This document shows positions 61,660 to 64,000 of a stretch of 64,000 bases of DNA, one piece after another. The DNA lies in contig NW_026781940.1 of NCBI RefSeq assembly GCF_031769215.1, positions 1 through 64,000 on the forward strand. Direction: 5' to 3'. The translations under genes and the position numbers were made by a program. Origin of the DNA: Ylistrum balloti (Eukaryota). Each line of letters begins with the position of its first letter. Position 1 is the stretch's first letter. A model generated the notes under the pieces. The model did no database searches and was not told the DNA's origin. It saw nothing but the letters and a program-made list of their open reading frames with translations.

Positions 61660-63949
61660 ATGGCTGACGAGGAGGGTCAAAGTGCTCCTGTAACACAAGA
61701 AGAAGAACAAAAACAAGATGATGTTGTTGCAGAGCCAGTGAAGGAGGGAGAGGGCGAAACGCAAGAACAAGTAGAAACTGAAACTAAAGTAGAAGCCCAA
61801 AAGGATGAAGACACAGAGAAAGATAATACTGGAGCACCGACTGAACAAGCTGATACAACTGAGGAAACACCTCAAGATGTAAATGAAAATGCTGGAGGTG
61901 CCCCAGAAGGCGAAAGTAAGGAAGACGGACAGCAAGAAAGTACTTCAGCACCACCAGCAGAACCCACAGCGCCAGACACTACAGAAGGGCCTGGGGAGGA
62001 GGCACAGCAACAACAAGAAGTATCGGTAGAGGGTGAAGCTAAAACTGACCCAGCAGAGAAAGAAGAGGATAATACACAAGAAACAGTGCAAGAAGGAGAG
62101 AATTTGGTACCAGTATTCACAACAGATACATCAATGGATGTAGAACAACCAAAACCAAGTGAAGTAAGTGAACAAGCACCTACTGAGGTTCCTACAGAGG
62201 CCCCAACCACTGAGGCTCCCCAAGAGGCACCAACCTCTGAAGCTCCCACAGAGGCCCCACCCACTGAGCCCCCCACAGAGGCCCCACCCACTGAGGCTCC
62301 AAAAGAGCCCACACAGACAGAAATATCTCAACAACAAAGTGAAACAGCTGGTCCAACGGAGGCAACTGTCCAAAGTCCACGCACTGTTACCCGTGAAAAA
62401 ACACTGTCTCCTCCGCCACCAACTGAAACCATGGGCACAATGAGCACACAACAGGAACCACCTCCTGAAACAAATGTGATTCCAGATGCTCCGAAAATTC
62501 CAGTTGTTGAGAGGGAACCTTCACAGATTGAAGGCACAATGTCAAATACAGCACTGGTATATATTTATGGTTTTATAATAGAATACTTTTAATAACTTCT
62601 ATACACAATTTAGAATAGTATTTTGTAGTTGGTTTCAGGAGGTTACATCAGGCATGAATGAAATATAAATAAGTGTTTATTGCCAGATTTTGCAGGCTAA
62701 ATGTAGTGCTAAAATTGTCACCTATACTTGATCAATGAAAGTTAAATGTAAAATTGAATTGAGTGAATGGTAACTACAAATAGTTTGTCTCAACATTATC
62801 TGCTGCAAAGTTTGCAGTCAAGATTTATTAAATCAAATTAACTTTTTTCTGTGTGTGTCTTTCAGAATGTTGTGTGGTCATTTGGACTGAACAGGAATAT
62901 TCCAGTGAAGAACCTCACTGACAATAACAGGAAGCTGATCATGTATGCCTGTGCACATGTTGGTGTTTTATATGACTACGAGGCTAACCGTCAACATATT
63001 CTACAGGGTCATGTGAGTCTCATTGCGTTGTAGCTTACATGTATAGTAAAGTTATGTTAATCTATGTGAGAGAATTACTAAGAAATGTTATATAGTATGA
63101 TATTTAGTATATATAACAAAATTTTCTTATGCAAACTAATTGATAATCTTATTTTCGATTCAGGCAAATCCTTTGACATGTACATGCATTAGCGAGGATA
63201 AGCGTTGGCTGGCAACTGGAGACAAAGGCAGGGACAGTATGGTCATCATCTGGGACACTTACACAGGGTCAGTATAACAAACCTGAGTCACAGGGTCAGT
63301 ATAACAAACCTGAGACACAGGGTCAGTATAACATACCTGGGACACAGGGTCAGTATAACATACCTGGGACACAGGGTCAGTATAACATACTTGGGTCATA
63401 GGGTCAGTAAAACAATCTGGGTCACAGGGTCAGTATAACATACCTGGGTCACTGAGTCAGTAAAACAAACCTGGGTCACGGGGTCAGTAAAACAATCTTG
63501 GTCACAGGGTCAGTATAACATACCTGGGTCACTGAGTCAGTAAAACAAACCTGGGTCACGGGGTCAGTATAGCAGACCTTGGCCACAGGGTCAGTATAGC
63601 AGACCTTGGTCACAGGGTCAGTGTAACAAACCTGGGTCACAGGGTCAGTATAGCAGACCTGGGTCACGGGGTCAGTATAACAGACCTGGAACCTTAATGA
63701 AACTACACATGTATAGGGTAAATACTTCTTATGATGTCAATTTCAGTGATATTTTATGTTCATGATTATGGTTCCTTTTAATTTCATTCCATTTTTTATT
63801 TGAATTAGAATATTTGTATATGATTTTTTAATTTACACAGGGTACCTGTACAAACAATTTTCGATGATGACCAGGAAGGTGGTGTTGTTGCAATGGCAAT
63901 GACCCCTGATGCTCGTTACCTAGCAACACTTAGTTCTGCAAAGAAGCAG
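61660..63949 (+). CDS. CFAP251: Cilia- and flagella-associated protein 251 (WDR66), 5' part; runs off the window
   Basis: Exons 61660-62556, 62866-63012, 63164-63267, 63841-63949, phases consistent. Acidic/TEAP-rich N-terminus followed by [51 protein letters not shown] and [13 protein letters not shown], matching WDR66 as I recall it. Confidence 0.9.
63250..63689 (+). repeat. Minisatellite, 16 copies of a 26-27-bp unit made of CFAP251 exon 3 end, GTCAGT donor and intron start
   Basis: Unit cacagg|gtcagtataaca(a/t)acctggg(t/a); real donor at 63268, GTCAGT copies to 63671. Confidence 0.95.
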
Positions 63950-64000
63950 GTAAGATTTATGTCCTTCGTTCCTTTAAATCCCAGGGGTCATGATTATTAA

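Noticed and set aside
62168-62310. TEAP repeats in the CFAP251 N-terminus as a novelty
   Set aside because: Acidic low-complexity N-terminal extensions are already known for CFAP251/WDR66, so this is an expected lineage-variable region.
61872-62537. Several overlapping minus-strand ORFs
   Set aside because: Antisense shadows of the low-complexity CFAP251 exon 1.
63205-63667. ORFs HRVSITNL.. and TQVCYTDPV..
   Set aside because: Translations of the 27-bp intronic array; in the CFAP251 frame a stop follows the donor immediately.

Overview
AT-rich, intron-rich animal genomic DNA. The repeat content (HINE/Helentron-like elements, V-domain tRNA SINEs, a CR1 remnant) suggests a bivalve mollusc; that is inference. 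I reconstructed exon chains by hand from GT/AG sites and reading phase. The window holds: (1) the 5' end of an unidentified minus-strand gene with a Q/S/T-rich N-terminus, head-to-head with (2) NOC4L (14 coding exons, 515 aa); (3) a 5-kb array of a 35-bp satellite; (4) an RPUSD4-like mitochondrial pseudouridine synthase with an unusual ~600-aa N-terminal extension; (5) an orphan type-I membrane protein with two FN3 domains (395 aa); (6) PIGL (minus strand, 7 exons, 272 aa), head-to-head with (7) the 5' part of CFAP251/WDR66. The strongest unexplained pattern is that four genes (NOC4L, RPUSD4, FN3 gene, CFAP251) each carry a tandem array whose unit is the 3' end of an exon plus its 5' splice site and the start of the intron. 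A fifth array, in PIGL, has the same architecture next to a candidate cryptic exon. No tRNA, rRNA or CRISPR features are supported.
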